Source: an uncultured Candidatus Rokubacteria bacterium
GTDB taxonomy: Bacteria > Methylomirabilota > Methylomirabilia > Rokubacteriales > CSP1-6
Length of the DNA stretch: 64,000 nt
Direction: 5' to 3'
Assembly (NCBI GenBank): GCA_963771355.1
Contig: CAVYTA010000006.1
Coordinates: 1,312,001 to 1,376,000 of the forward strand
In this document: positions 51,991-61,615 of the stretch, piece by piece
Layout: every line of letters starts with the position of its first letter
Position numbering within the stretch: the first letter of the stretch is position 1
Notes under the pieces: model-generated
What the model saw: the letters and a program-made list of their open reading frames with translations, nothing else
The model's database searches: none
Told to the model about the DNA's origin: nothing
Program-made: the position numbers and the translations under genes

Positions 51991-54900
51991 TTCCGGTCCC
52001 CCCTCGACCCCAGAGCCGTCGCAGGGGCGTCACCACCCGGCTCAGCAGGCCAGGTCCGACGCGCCGGAGCGCGATCTCAGGAATCAGCATCGCCGCCACC
52101 AGGCCCACGAGCCAGGGCCAGAGCTCCAGGGACAGCCGCGACCGCCGCCGGGCCTGCAGGAAGGCGTCGCGGGGCTGTGCGAGCACCCCACCGCCGGTCA
52201 GCTCCGACAGCTCCCGCAACAGCGCCTCGTCCACTCCGAGCTCCTTGAACTCCTGAGAGTACGGTACCACCAGTCCGGCGAGCTGGGAGCCCACCATTTG
52301 CTCGCCCCGGCGCTGGGACATGGCGACGAGGTACACGCCCTCCCGCGCGGCGGGGAAGCGCCCGCGATAGCGGCCGGGTCCCACCTGCTCGAGCTCCACC
52401 ACGCTCCGCTGCTTGTCGGGCGCCACCACACCCACCTGGGAATCGAGGAAGTTGATGAACTCCCCCTTGGGATCCACCGCGTCCACCACGATCTCGCCGG
52501 TCTCGTCGTTCCGCTGCACCGCGGCGACGGTGTCGCTGCGCGTCCCCGTGCGCAGCGTCCAGCGCGTGAGCTGCGACCAGAACTTGTTGAACCCGCCCCA
52601 GCGCATCCAGAGCACTGCCCACTTCGCCTTGGCGTCCGACGTGAAGGCCGCGGTGCGGCCGAGGCCGTAGCGCCAGGTGGCGAGCAGCGGATCTTCCTGA
52701 TGCGTGAGCAGGACCATGTCCGCGGTGCCCTTGAGCGAGGTGGCCACGTAGCCGCCCAGCGGCGGCGCGTTCTTCCAGTCGATGTCCTGGATGGCCTCGT
52801 GCGCGGGCGAGCCCACCGACGCCTTGAAGGGCTGCTCCACCAGCGAAGCCTTGGAAGCCAGCTGCGTCTCCAGCGTGAAGATGCGCGGGATGGTGGTGTC
52901 GTCCTCCGTGTAGTAGAAGCGCCCGCGCCCCCATTTCGCGATGTCGAACATGAGCTGGGCATCGGCGTCCTTGCCGATGGCCACCGAGGACACCGTGATC
53001 TTGTCCTTGGCCATTCGCCGGACGAGGCCGGAGAAGTCGCCGCGGGTCATCTGCCCGTCGGAGAGGAAGATCACGTGCTTGAGCAGGGCGGACCGCTCGA
53101 AGAGTACCTGGTACGACTCCTTGAGCGCGGGATAGCCGTCCGTCCCGCCGCCCGCCTTGATCGTCGAGATGGCCTGATGGACGGTCCCCTTGTCGCGCGC
53201 CGGACGGACAGCCGAGTCCCAGATGAACTCGGTGTCCCAGCTCATGATGCCGACCTCGTTCCGCTCGTCGAGGAGGTCCACCACGAGGTGCGCGGCCTCC
53301 TTGGCGATGTCGAGCTTGGTGACCCTGGAGTCGGTGGTCATGGCCATGGAGCCCGACCGGTCGATGGACAGCACCACCGCGAGGCTCGGGATCTCGAGCT
53401 TCTGCTTCACCTCCATGGTCACCGGCAGGGCTTCCTCGATGGGGGTGCGGTAGTAGCCGCCCAGTCCGAAGCTTTCCTCGCCCCCCAGCATGATGAGCCC
53501 GCCGCCCTGGTCGCGCACGTAGTCCCGGATGTTCTCCATCTGCTTCTTGGTCATCTTCAGCGACGAGACGTTGGACAGGATGATCCCGTCGTATTTCTGC
53601 AGCCCCGCCATGTCCTTGGGGATTCGGTCCGGCTCCACCACCTCCACGTCCACGTGCTGGGCGCGCAGGGCGGCGGCAAGCGTCTGGCCCTGCGCCCGAT
53701 CCTTCTCCGCCAGGAGTACCTGCGGCCGGCCGCGCACCACCACCGTCCCCACCGAGCGATTGTTCTCGTCGATGGTGTCGCCCTCGACCTCGATCGCCGC
53801 CTGATAGACGTGGATGCCGCTCTGCTCCAGCGCCTGTCGATAGGTGTAGACGTTCTTGCCCGCGGTCATGCGCACGACCTGTGAGCCGAGGAACTCCCCA
53901 TTTCGGTAGAGGGACAGGCGCCCCTGGGTGTCGGCCTGGCTCCACGCCACCACCTTGGCCTGGAAGGGCTCGCCGAACTTCACCTCCACCGGCAGCACCA
54001 TGGACTCCACCACCACTTCCTGCTTGAAGGTGAGCGGAGCGGGAACGTAGTAGACGTCGGCGCCCGCGTCCTTGGCCGCCTGCGCCACCGCGAGGGCATT
54101 GCCCGCGTTCTGGCGCCCGTCGGTCAGGAGCACGAAGCGGTTGGCGTGGCCGGGGGGCGCGGTGGCCAGCGCCAGCTGCAGCGCCTGGGCGAGATTGGTC
54201 CCCCGCCCACCCACCTGCACCTGCGGGCGATCGAGCTTCGACGAGGGCTTGAGCGCCTGATCCACCACCGCCTCGTCGCCGAAGACGATGAGGCCGGCCT
54301 GGTCCCCCGGCTGCAGCGACTGCGCGGCCTGGGCGGCGAAGCGGAAGGCGTTCTCACGCGCGGCGAGGCTCACGCTGTCCGAGACGTCCAGGAGGAACAG
54401 TACGTTCAGCCGGTCCACCCAGCGAGGCACGGTGGGCCGCGCGAGGGCAACCACCAGCACTGCCAGGAGCACGCAGCGCAAGCCCAGGGCCCAGCGCTCG
54501 CCTGCGGTGAACGGCAGCACCAGCCGCCCCCCGGTCTGGCGCCGCCAGTAGAGAAAGCCTTCCAGGGCGAACACCGCCAGCGCGAAGAGGACGAAGTACG
54601 GCCAGAGCTCACGCTGCACGGGAACGGGGGCCGCCTCCGGCCGCGCGCCCTCCACGAAAGTGGGCACGGGCCGCGGAGTGAGATCCGACTCGTCCCCGGT
54701 CCCGATGTTGACCGCCACCCGCGTCTCGCCGCGGGAGGTGGTCACCCGGTACACGCCCACCTCGTCCGTCTCCGTGTAGCTGGCGAGCCCGCGGGTGACC
54801 TGGGCCTGGACCACGCGCCCGGAGGGCGTCTTCACGGTGGCGCTCGTCACCCCGTGCTCGACGGGAAGCAGGATGGACTGCCCGGTGGCGAGCTGGAGGC

Positions 54901-56365
54901 TCGACTGGTCCAGTCCCGCCGGGTGCAGCCAGCGCAGGCTCTTCGACAGCATGAGCGGGAAGGCCACCCGCAGCGGGAAGTCCGAGCGGAACAGGTCGAA
55001 GCCGAAGAACACCGCCTTCCGATCGCGCTCCTCGAGGAGATAGATGAGCGGGCCGCCCTGCGCCTCCACGAGCGTCTTCCCGGGCGCGAGGGGCCGCACT
55101 CGCATCGCCTCCTCGATGGCCACCTTGGCGAAGTCGATCTGCCGCATGATCGGGTGGTTGCGGTCCCAGTCCATGATCACGGGCGACTCGAGCCGGCCCA
55201 GCACCTCGATGGGCACATCGCCGGGGGCGGCGTTGACCAGCACGAAGCGCCCGTTCCCGACGCGGGCCGGATTCACCCCGTCCACCACCACCACGTCGAA
55301 GCTCTCCATGCCGCCCTGATACGCGTCCGGTGTCCGCACCTCGAGCTTCACCTGCGGGTCGGTCTTGAGCACCTTCTCGAGGAAGAGGTTGCCCGGGCTC
55401 ACCAGGAGGACGGCGATGTCGCGCGGCGGCGGAATCACCGCGTAGGCGGCGTTGTCGGCCTCGAGGTCGTCCGACACGTTGAGCCGCGCCCGCACCACGC
55501 CGCCGCCGGGGTGGCTGAAGGGCAGCACCACCGCGCGGCGGACGTTCGGCTCGAGCGTGAGCGACTTCTCGGCGATGAGATCGTTGTCCAGGTGCAGGGT
55601 GAAGGAGAGGGACTGCGTCTCGCCGGAGAAGTTCACCACCGAGAGGAAGGCCTGGGAGTCGAAGGCCCCGAAGTAGTTCCGCCGGACGGCGAGATTGGTG
55701 ATGGCCACGTTGCGCCCGCGCTGCCCCACCGCCGTCCAGCGCACGCGGACATCGTCGCCCTGCCCCTTCACCGCCTCCGGGTGCGCGCCGTCGGTGAAGA
55801 CGTGGATCTCCGCGCGCGCGTCGGGTCCCACCAGGGCCCGCGCGGTGCGGATGCCGTCCCCCAGCCGGTTCGGCAGGTCGCGGGCGTGCGCCCCGCGCAC
55901 CGCCCCCACCACCTCGTTGCGGTCGCGCGTGAAGGGCGCGAGCACCTTGGGCTGCACCCCCGCCTCGATCACCATGACCTCGGCGCCCTCGCCGAGGCGG
56001 CTCACCAGGCCGAGGGCCTCGCGCTGGGCGTGCGCGAACCGTGAGGGCGAGAGGTCGGTGGCCTTCATGGAGGCCGAGGTGTCGAGCACCACCACCACCC
56101 GCTTGGCCCCGTACCCGCTCACCGTCACGACCGGCCGGGCCAGCGCGAGGGTGAGCGCGATGAGAGCCAAGATCTGCAGCAGCATCAGCGGGTCGCGCTG
56201 GAGGCGCTGGAAGAAGGCGGAGGCCTCGCGGTCACGCAGGGCGGGGTCCCAGAGGAGGAGGCTCGACACCCGCTGCGGCCGGCGCCGCACCTTCAAGAAA
56301 TAGAGAAGCAGGAGCGGGACCGCGAGGGTCGCGAGCAGGAGCGAGAGCGGCGAGAGGAAGCTCAT
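51968..56365 (-). CDS. Large membrane-anchored protein with BatA-like N-terminus, three VWA domains and glutamine-amidotransferase-like modules
   Basis: LLLLYFLK...VSSLLLW; MIDAS motifs DTSAS, DVSDS, DRSGS; GGGLIMLGG..SFG.GGY; internal and terminal ELWP transmembrane segments. Confidence 0.9.
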   Translation of the reverse strand: MSFLSPLSLLLATLAVPLLLLYFLKVRRRPQRVSSLLLWDPALRDREASAFFQRLQRDPLMLLQILALIALTLALARPVVTVSGYGAKRVVVVLDTSASMKATDLSPSRFAHAQREALGLVSRLGEGAEVMVIEAGVQPKVLAPFTRDRNEVVGAVRGAHARDLPNRLGDGIRTARALVGPDARAEIHVFTDGAHPEAVKGQGDDVRVRWTAVGQRGRNVAITNLAVRRNYFGAFDSQAFLSVVNFSGETQSLSFTLHLDNDLIAEKSLTLEPNVRRAVVLPFSHPGGGVVRARLNVSDDLEADNAAYAVIPPPRDIAVLLVSPGNLFLEKVLKTDPQVKLEVRTPDAYQGGMESFDVVVVDGVNPARVGNGRFVLVNAAPGDVPIEVLGRLESPVIMDWDRNHPIMRQIDFAKVAIEEAMRVRPLAPGKTLVEAQGGPLIYLLEERDRKAVFFGFDLFRSDFPLRVAFPLMLSKSLRWLHPAGLDQSSLQLATGQSILLPVEHGVTSATVKTPSGRVVQAQVTRGLASYTETDEVGVYRVTTSRGETRVAVNIGTGDESDLTPRPVPTFVEGARPEAAPVPVQRELWPYFVLFALAVFALEGFLYWRRQTGGRLVLPFTAGERWALGLRCVLLAVLVVALARPTVPRWVDRLNVLFLLDVSDSVSLAARENAFRFAAQAAQSLQPGDQAGLIVFGDEAVVDQALKPSSKLDRPQVQVGGRGTNLAQALQLALATAPPGHANRFVLLTDGRQNAGNALAVAQAAKDAGADVYYVPAPLTFKQEVVVESMVLPVEVKFGEPFQAKVVAWSQADTQGRLSLYRNGEFLGSQVVRMTAGKNVYTYRQALEQSGIHVYQAAIEVEGDTIDENNRSVGTVVVRGRPQVLLAEKDRAQGQTLAAALRAQHVDVEVVEPDRIPKDMAGLQKYDGIILSNVSSLKMTKKQMENIRDYVRDQGGGLIMLGGEESFGLGGYYRTPIEEALPVTMEVKQKLEIPSLAVVLSIDRSGSMAMTTDSRVTKLDIAKEAAHLVVDLLDERNEVGIMSWDTEFIWDSAVRPARDKGTVHQAISTIKAGGGTDGYPALKESYQVLFERSALLKHVIFLSDGQMTRGDFSGLVRRMAKDKITVSSVAIGKDADAQLMFDIAKWGRGRFYYTEDDTTIPRIFTLETQLASKASLVEQPFKASVGSPAHEAIQDIDWKNAPPLGGYVATSLKGTADMVLLTHQEDPLLATWRYGLGRTAAFTSDAKAKWAVLWMRWGGFNKFWSQLTRWTLRTGTRSDTVAAVQRNDETGEIVVDAVDPKGEFINFLDSQVGVVAPDKQRSVVELEQVGPGRYRGRFPAAREGVYLVAMSQRRGEQMVGSQLAGLVVPYSQEFKELGVDEALLRELSELTGGGVLAQPRDAFLQARRRSRLSLELWPWLVGLVAAMLIPEIALRRVGPGLLSRVVTPLRRLWGRGGTGNATPHDP

Positions 56366-57255
56366 CCGACCAGGAATCCCTTGAGCTGACGGAGCATGAA
56401 CTCCTCCACCGGAGTATCGGTCACCACCCGGTGATAGCCGATTTCGTTTGCGCGGCAGAAAGCCTCGGCCCTCTCGAGGAACTCCCGCAGCCGCTGCCGG
56501 TACACGCGCAGCGCGTCCGCGTCGAGGGTGAGGTCGCGTGTCTCGCCCGTCTCGGCGTCCTCCAGCCGCAAGTCCCCGCCCCAGCCCGGATTCATCTCCT
56601 CCGCCGCCAACAGGTGGATCACGTGCACGTCGTGACGGCGCTCCAGCAGCCCGCGGAGCCCGCGCTCATAGCCGCCCGGGTCCATGAGATCCGAGATGAG
56701 GACGGCGAGCCCGGCCTCGCGGGTGCGCAGACGCCACGCGGCGAGGCCCTCGTTGAGCGAGGTCCCGCCGGCCGGCCGGACGCGAGACAGGAAATCCAGG
56801 AGCGGCAGCACCTGGCCGCGGCCCCGGGTCGGGCTCCAGCCCTCGGCGATGCGCTCTCGCACCACGCCCACCCCGACGCGCTCGAGGTTCACCAGGCCGA
56901 CGAAGCCCAGCGCCGCCGCCAGTCGCGCGCCGTAGTCAAGCTTGCTCGGCGCGCCGAAGCTCATGGAGGCGGAGGCATCGAGGAGGAGGTTCAAACAGAG
57001 ATCTTCCTCGTCCACGAAGAGCTTGACGTAGAGCCGGTCGAGCCGCGCGTAGATGTTCCAGTCCACGTAGCGAAGGTCGTCGCCGTGTCCGTACGGGCGG
57101 TAGTCGGAGAACTCGACGCTGATGCCCTTGCGGGGGCTGCGCCGCTCGCCCTTGACCCGGCCGCGGAACGCCCGGCGCGACAGCAGCGCCAATCGCTCCA
57201 GCTGCGCGAGGAAGTCCGCGGAGAGGAGCTCCTGCCCGCGGGAGGCGATCGGCAC
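56362..57255 (-). CDS. DUF58 family protein
   Basis: EFSDYRPY..GDDLRYVDWN..AR, DASASM, LISD. Confidence 0.93.
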   Translation of the reverse strand: MPIASRGQELLSADFLAQLERLALLSRRAFRGRVKGERRSPRKGISVEFSDYRPYGHGDDLRYVDWNIYARLDRLYVKLFVDEEDLCLNLLLDASASMSFGAPSKLDYGARLAAALGFVGLVNLERVGVGVVRERIAEGWSPTRGRGQVLPLLDFLSRVRPAGGTSLNEGLAAWRLRTREAGLAVLISDLMDPGGYERGLRGLLERRHDVHVIHLLAAEEMNPGWGGDLRLEDAETGETRDLTLDADALRVYRQRLREFLERAEAFCRANEIGYHRVVTDTPVEEFMLRQLKGFLVG

Positions 57256-57259
57256 GGGG

Positions 57260-58732
57260 CTACTTCTCGTCCAGTGACTGGAAGTACTGCTTGACCTGGC
57301 TCTGGTAGTCCCGCGGCACCTGCTCGCGGGCGATGGCCTCTTCCATCATCTTGCGGTACTGGCCCACCACGCCGAGGTACTGAAGCCGCGACGGCGTATT
57401 GGCCCCCTTGCCGAGGAGATTGGTGTCCATGCCTTCCTTGCGGCCCGGCCGCGACTGCCCCTCGACGCCCACGTCGAAGGGATTGGCGCGCAGCCGCTGG
57501 GTGGGATCGCCCTTGGGGTTGCCGCTCTTGCCTTTGCCCGGAAACAGCCCCTCGCCCTCGGGGAAGTCGCCCTCGTCCCCCGGCCCCGGCTGGCCCTGCC
57601 CGCGCTGATTCCCCCGCTGGCCGCCGCGCCGCTCGCTCTCGCGGCCGCCGCGAAGCCCCTTGCCGTCGGAGCCCTTTTCCTCCATGGAGCGGAGCTTGTT
57701 CAGCGCGCGCTCCATGGCGTCCATGGCCTTGTCGCTCTGCCCCTGCTCGAGGGCTTCCATCCCCTCGCCGATCTCGCCGCTCCAGGGATTCTGGCCGCCG
57801 CCCTTCCGGCCGAGCTTCTCCATCTCGTTCAGCAGCTCGCGCATCTTGTCGGGCGAGAACTGGTTGCCGCCCATGGCCCCGCGCAGCTCTTTCGCCCGCT
57901 GGAACATCGCCTTGCTCTGGCTCTGGGTGAAGTCGCGCTGGAGATCGGGAAGCCGGTCCACCTGCTCGAGCATCCGGATCCGCTCGTCGCCCTTCTTGAC
58001 GAAGGCGTTGAAGTCGGGGCTCTTGGAGCCCAGCGAGGTGTCCTTGAACACGGCGGCGAGATCGCCGGACTGGGTGGGACCGGCGCCGCCCTGGCGGGGC
58101 GCCACCGTGCGCTCCTGCATGTCGGCCCGCGGAAGCGGCTCACGCCGGGTCGCCGCCTTGCGCTCGTCCGACTCGATCTTGCCCCCGCGGTCGGCAGGCT
58201 TGGCCTCGTCCTCCTCCGACTTCGCGGTGAAGTCCGGCAGGCCGGCGGTGGGCAGCGGGATGGGCGGGGCCAGCGCCAGCACCAGCCCCAGGGCCAGGGG
58301 CAGGGGGACGAGCTTCGCCTCGCGGGGCAGGATCCGCGGCACCACGCGCCGGCCGTCGCGTGCCTCCACGCGCGCCAGGGTGTCGGTCAGCAGCCCATCG
58401 ACCAGCGGCGTGCGCTCCGGATGCTCCGCCCACTCGATCGCGGTGGCGACGCGGTCCTGGAAGCCGAAGCCGCGATCGGCGAGGCGGGCGGCCTCGGTGG
58501 GCGTGACCTTCCGGAAGAAGCCCCAGAGCCCGCCGGCAAGGGCCCCCGCCAGCAGAAGCGCACCGGCGATCACGAAGGCCAGCGCGCCCAGCGACTCGCG
58601 AAACACCAGCGGGACGGCGGCCGCCACCGCCCCGGCGAACAGGCCGCGAAGCGCCCAGAATTCGGCGCGCCGCATGCGCACCTCGCGCATGACCTGCTCC
58701 ACCAGTCGCTCGAGGATCCTCGGATCGGGCAT
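57260..58732 (-). CDS. MoxR-cluster membrane protein with G/Q/E-rich C-terminal region
   Basis: Start ATG 58732; N-terminal TM segments, ADR....DRVATA, C-terminal VP..Y...VK.YF. Confidence 0.8.
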   Translation of the reverse strand: MPDPRILERLVEQVMREVRMRRAEFWALRGLFAGAVAAAVPLVFRESLGALAFVIAGALLLAGALAGGLWGFFRKVTPTEAARLADRGFGFQDRVATAIEWAEHPERTPLVDGLLTDTLARVEARDGRRVVPRILPREAKLVPLPLALGLVLALAPPIPLPTAGLPDFTAKSEEDEAKPADRGGKIESDERKAATRREPLPRADMQERTVAPRQGGAGPTQSGDLAAVFKDTSLGSKSPDFNAFVKKGDERIRMLEQVDRLPDLQRDFTQSQSKAMFQRAKELRGAMGGNQFSPDKMRELLNEMEKLGRKGGGQNPWSGEIGEGMEALEQGQSDKAMDAMERALNKLRSMEEKGSDGKGLRGGRESERRGGQRGNQRGQGQPGPGDEGDFPEGEGLFPGKGKSGNPKGDPTQRLRANPFDVGVEGQSRPGRKEGMDTNLLGKGANTPSRLQYLGVVGQYRKMMEEAIAREQVPRDYQSQVKQYFQSLDEK

Positions 58733-58776
58733 CCCGTCCCTCCCCCGTATCGCGGCAGACGCCGGGCGTCCCGCGC

Positions 58777-59814
58777 TTATCGGACGAACGCGTCCTTGCC
58801 GGTGGTGCTCAGCGACTCCGCCGCCTCGACCAGCTGATCGATCAGGGTGTCCGCGTCCACGCCCTCCGCCTCGCCCTCGAAATTCAGGATGAGGCGATGC
58901 CGGATGGCCGGCAGGGCCATGGCGCGGAGATCCTCCACGCTCACGTTGTAGCGGCCCTCGGATAGTGCGCGCACCTTGGCGCCGAGCACCAGGGCCTGCG
59001 CGCCGCGAGGGCTGGCGCCGTAGCGAACGAACCGCCGCGCCGCCTCGGGCGCCCGGTCCCACTGGGGGTGGCTGGCCAGCACGATGTAGGAGGCCAGCTC
59101 GCGCACGTGGGCGGCCAGCGGAACTTCCCGCACGAGCTCGCGGAACGCCATCACCTCGGGCCCGGTCATGACGCGCTGGACCTCGACCTCGCGGGGCCGG
59201 GTGGTCCGGTCGATGATCTCCGTCAGCTCCTCGAGCACGGGATAGCGGACCCGCAGCTTGAAGATGAACCGGTCGAGCTGCGCCTCGGGGAGCGGATACG
59301 TCCCCTCCATCTCGATGGGGTTCTGAGTGGCGAGGACGAAAAAGGGCATGGGCAGCGGATGTGCCGTGCCCGACACGGTGACATTGCCTTCCTGCATCCC
59401 CTCGAGGAGGGCCGACTGCGTCTTGGGCGTGGCGCGGTTCACCTCGTCGGCGAGGAGGATGTGGCCGAAGATGGGGCCCCGCTGGAACTGGAAGTGCTTC
59501 CGCCCGCCCGCGTCCTCCGCGATGATGTTGGTGCCGATGATGTCGCCGGGCATCAGGTCGGGCGTGAACTGGATCCGCGAGAACGTGAGGTCCAGGCACT
59601 CCGATAGGGTCTTGATCAGGAGCGTCTTGCCCAGTCCCGGCACCCCTTCGAGGAGCACGTGGCCGCCGGCGAAGAGCCCGACGAGGACCTGGTTCACCAC
59701 GTCGTCGTGGCCGACGATCACCTTCTGCATCTCCGCGCGGAGCGCCCGGAAGGCCTGGACGAAGGCCTCGACGCGCTGCTCCTGGGTTCCGGACGGCTGC
59801 GGGGACTGCGCCAT
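58777..59814 (-). CDS. moxR: MoxR family AAA+ ATPase
   Basis: Start ATG 59814; EGVPGLGKT, RIQFTPDLMP, DEVNRA.PKTQSALLE, ATQNPIEMEGTYPLPEAQLDRF, GASPR. Confidence 0.97.
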   Translation of the reverse strand: MAQSPQPSGTQEQRVEAFVQAFRALRAEMQKVIVGHDDVVNQVLVGLFAGGHVLLEGVPGLGKTLLIKTLSECLDLTFSRIQFTPDLMPGDIIGTNIIAEDAGGRKHFQFQRGPIFGHILLADEVNRATPKTQSALLEGMQEGNVTVSGTAHPLPMPFFVLATQNPIEMEGTYPLPEAQLDRFIFKLRVRYPVLEELTEIIDRTTRPREVEVQRVMTGPEVMAFRELVREVPLAAHVRELASYIVLASHPQWDRAPEAARRFVRYGASPRGAQALVLGAKVRALSEGRYNVSVEDLRAMALPAIRHRLILNFEGEAEGVDADTLIDQLVEAAESLSTTGKDAFVR

Positions 59815-59862
59815 GAAGAGCCCCTTTCCCGAACTGGTGATGGGGAGGCCGACTGAAATTTG

Positions 59863-59895
59863 ACCCATCATATGGGTGGTTCCCCGACCCGTCAA
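59863..59895 (-). promoter_or_regulatory. moxR operon promoter with inverted repeat over -10
   Basis: TTGACG-N17-TATGAT; ACCCAT-N3-ATGGGT at 59863-59877. Confidence 0.7.
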
Positions 59896-60097
59896 CCCGA
59901 TGCGCGGTAGGGACGCCGAAAAGCTGCCCCTACTGCGCACCAGAAAGGGAGAAAATCCCGGCCGGCCGGAAGCGCCGCGCCCCGGAACGACGTCTCAAGA
60001 GGCAGGAACGGGGAGTGGGGCCTGTGTTAAGGTGACTTCCGCGTACACGGGCGCGAACGGGCCGATCGCGATCGGCAAACCCTCAACGGGGAGAGCG

Positions 60098-60349
60098 ATG
60101 CCGGAGCAGCCGATGAACCTGGACTGCCGCGAATGCATGGACCTCCTGTGCGACTACGTGGACGGGAGCCTTCCGAAGCATCAGGCCGAGCTCCTCGAGT
60201 GGCATCTGGAAGGGTGCTCGCCGTGCGTGACCTTCGTGAATACCTATAAGGGGACGGTGGACGCGGCCCGGCGGCTCCGCGAGACCACGCTCCCCCCCGA
60301 GCTGCAGCAGAAGCTCGTCGCCTTCCTCAAGCGCTCCGCGCGCGCCTAG
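60098..60349 (+). CDS. Stand-alone zf-HC2 (ZAS anti-sigma-like) protein
   Basis: C.....LL.DYVDG.L...HLEGCSPC (HxxxCxxC); start ATG 60098 or 60113. Confidence 0.88.
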   Translation: MPEQPMNLDCRECMDLLCDYVDGSLPKHQAELLEWHLEGCSPCVTFVNTYKGTVDAARRLRETTLPPELQQKLVAFLKRSARA

Positions 60350-60374
60350 CCCTCCGGCGCACGATCCGCCGCCC

Positions 60375-61466
60375 TCAGGCGCCGAGCTCCCGCGCCGTCA
60401 GCTTGTAGCGGAACGAATCCGGGTCCAGGCTGTCTCGCCGCTCCCCGCTCACCTCCGCCTGGGGATACATGAAGAAGCCCAGCGCGTCGCCCGTGGAGCC
60501 CGGCAGCTTGATGTCATGGGCGTAGTTGTAGGCCAGCCAGTTCATCTCCCACTGGCCGAACAGCTTGGCGCGGGCCTTGAGCACGGCCGGGTCGGTCAGC
60601 GGCAATCCGCCGCGCTCCTCCAGGACCACTTTCCGCACGTCCGCGGGGTCCACCGGCACCCAGCCGAAGCCGGTCAGATAGGACTCGGCCCGGCAGTGCT
60701 GCGCCTTCGTGATCTCGCCGCTCTTGCCGAGGCTCTTGAACTCCGCCGAGTCGGCCACCCGCACGCCGTACACGTCGCGCGACGGAACGCCCACCGACCG
60801 CGCCAGGCCGACGTACAGCGCGTTGAGGTCGGCGCACTTGCCGCTCAGGTTGCCGGACTCGAGCATGGCGCGGATGTCGCCGATCCCGCAGCCGCGCACC
60901 TTGGGATCGCGGAAGGTGTTGTCCACGATCCACTCGTACAGCGCGCGCGCCTTGTCCAGATCGGACTTCTGCCCCTTGGTGATCTCGCGCGCCGTCTTCT
61001 GGACGATTCCGTCGGTGGGCATGAGCCGCGTGGGCTCGAGATAGCGCGCGAGCACTCGGCGGTCCTCGCGGACATCGGCCGGCCGGGACAGGTCCACCGC
61101 GCGATCGCGCGTGGCGAAGCGCGTGGTCACCTCGACCACCGGCGCCGTCGCACCCGCCTCCCACTCCGCATGGAAGATGCCCGCGCCATACTTGTCCTCG
61201 CGGACGACGCGGCCCACCTTGGCATTGCCGGTCCAGGTCTGGCCGAGATTCTTGAAGTAGTCGGTGTCCGCGGTGAGCGGCAGCGGTAGCCACGTGCGCA
61301 CCGTCCCGGTCGGGTTCAGGATCTCCGCGCGCGTGACGACCTCGAAGGCCCGCCAGCGCGTGCCCTCCGACGCGCTCTGCGCGAGGGCGCGCCGCGCCCC
61401 GCCCGTTCCCGCCGCCAGCGCGACCGACGCGGCCAGTCCCGTCCTCAAGAACGCACGACGCCTCAT
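60375..61466 (-). CDS. Tat-exported transglutaminase-like protein
   Basis: ATG 61466 with AGGAGG SD; RRAFL Tat motif, ALA-Q cleavage; GKCADLN, QHCRAE, WVPVDP Cys-His-Asp triad. Confidence 0.9.
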   Translation of the reverse strand: MRRRAFLRTGLAASVALAAGTGGARRALAQSASEGTRWRAFEVVTRAEILNPTGTVRTWLPLPLTADTDYFKNLGQTWTGNAKVGRVVREDKYGAGIFHAEWEAGATAPVVEVTTRFATRDRAVDLSRPADVREDRRVLARYLEPTRLMPTDGIVQKTAREITKGQKSDLDKARALYEWIVDNTFRDPKVRGCGIGDIRAMLESGNLSGKCADLNALYVGLARSVGVPSRDVYGVRVADSAEFKSLGKSGEITKAQHCRAESYLTGFGWVPVDPADVRKVVLEERGGLPLTDPAVLKARAKLFGQWEMNWLAYNYAHDIKLPGSTGDALGFFMYPQAEVSGERRDSLDPDSFRYKLTARELGA

Positions 61467-61503
61467 TCGAAGGAGCCTCCTGGTGATGTGACTCGTGCTC
61501 GTC

Positions 61504-61578
61504 ATGGTACGAACCTGCCCGGACAAGTCCAATTGGCTGTTTCGATGGGAATCGCGCGGCGGATAGGGCGCGTCTATC
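61504..61578 (-). promoter_or_regulatory. Promoter and LysR boxes upstream of the transglutaminase-like gene
   Basis: TTGGAC-N17-TACCAT; GATAG-N7-CTATC (T-N11-A) at 61562-61578 and a second T-N11-A next to -35. Confidence 0.7.
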
Positions 61579-61615
61579 GCCGCGAAGGCGAACGGCGGCG
61601 GGATTGGTGTCCGGC

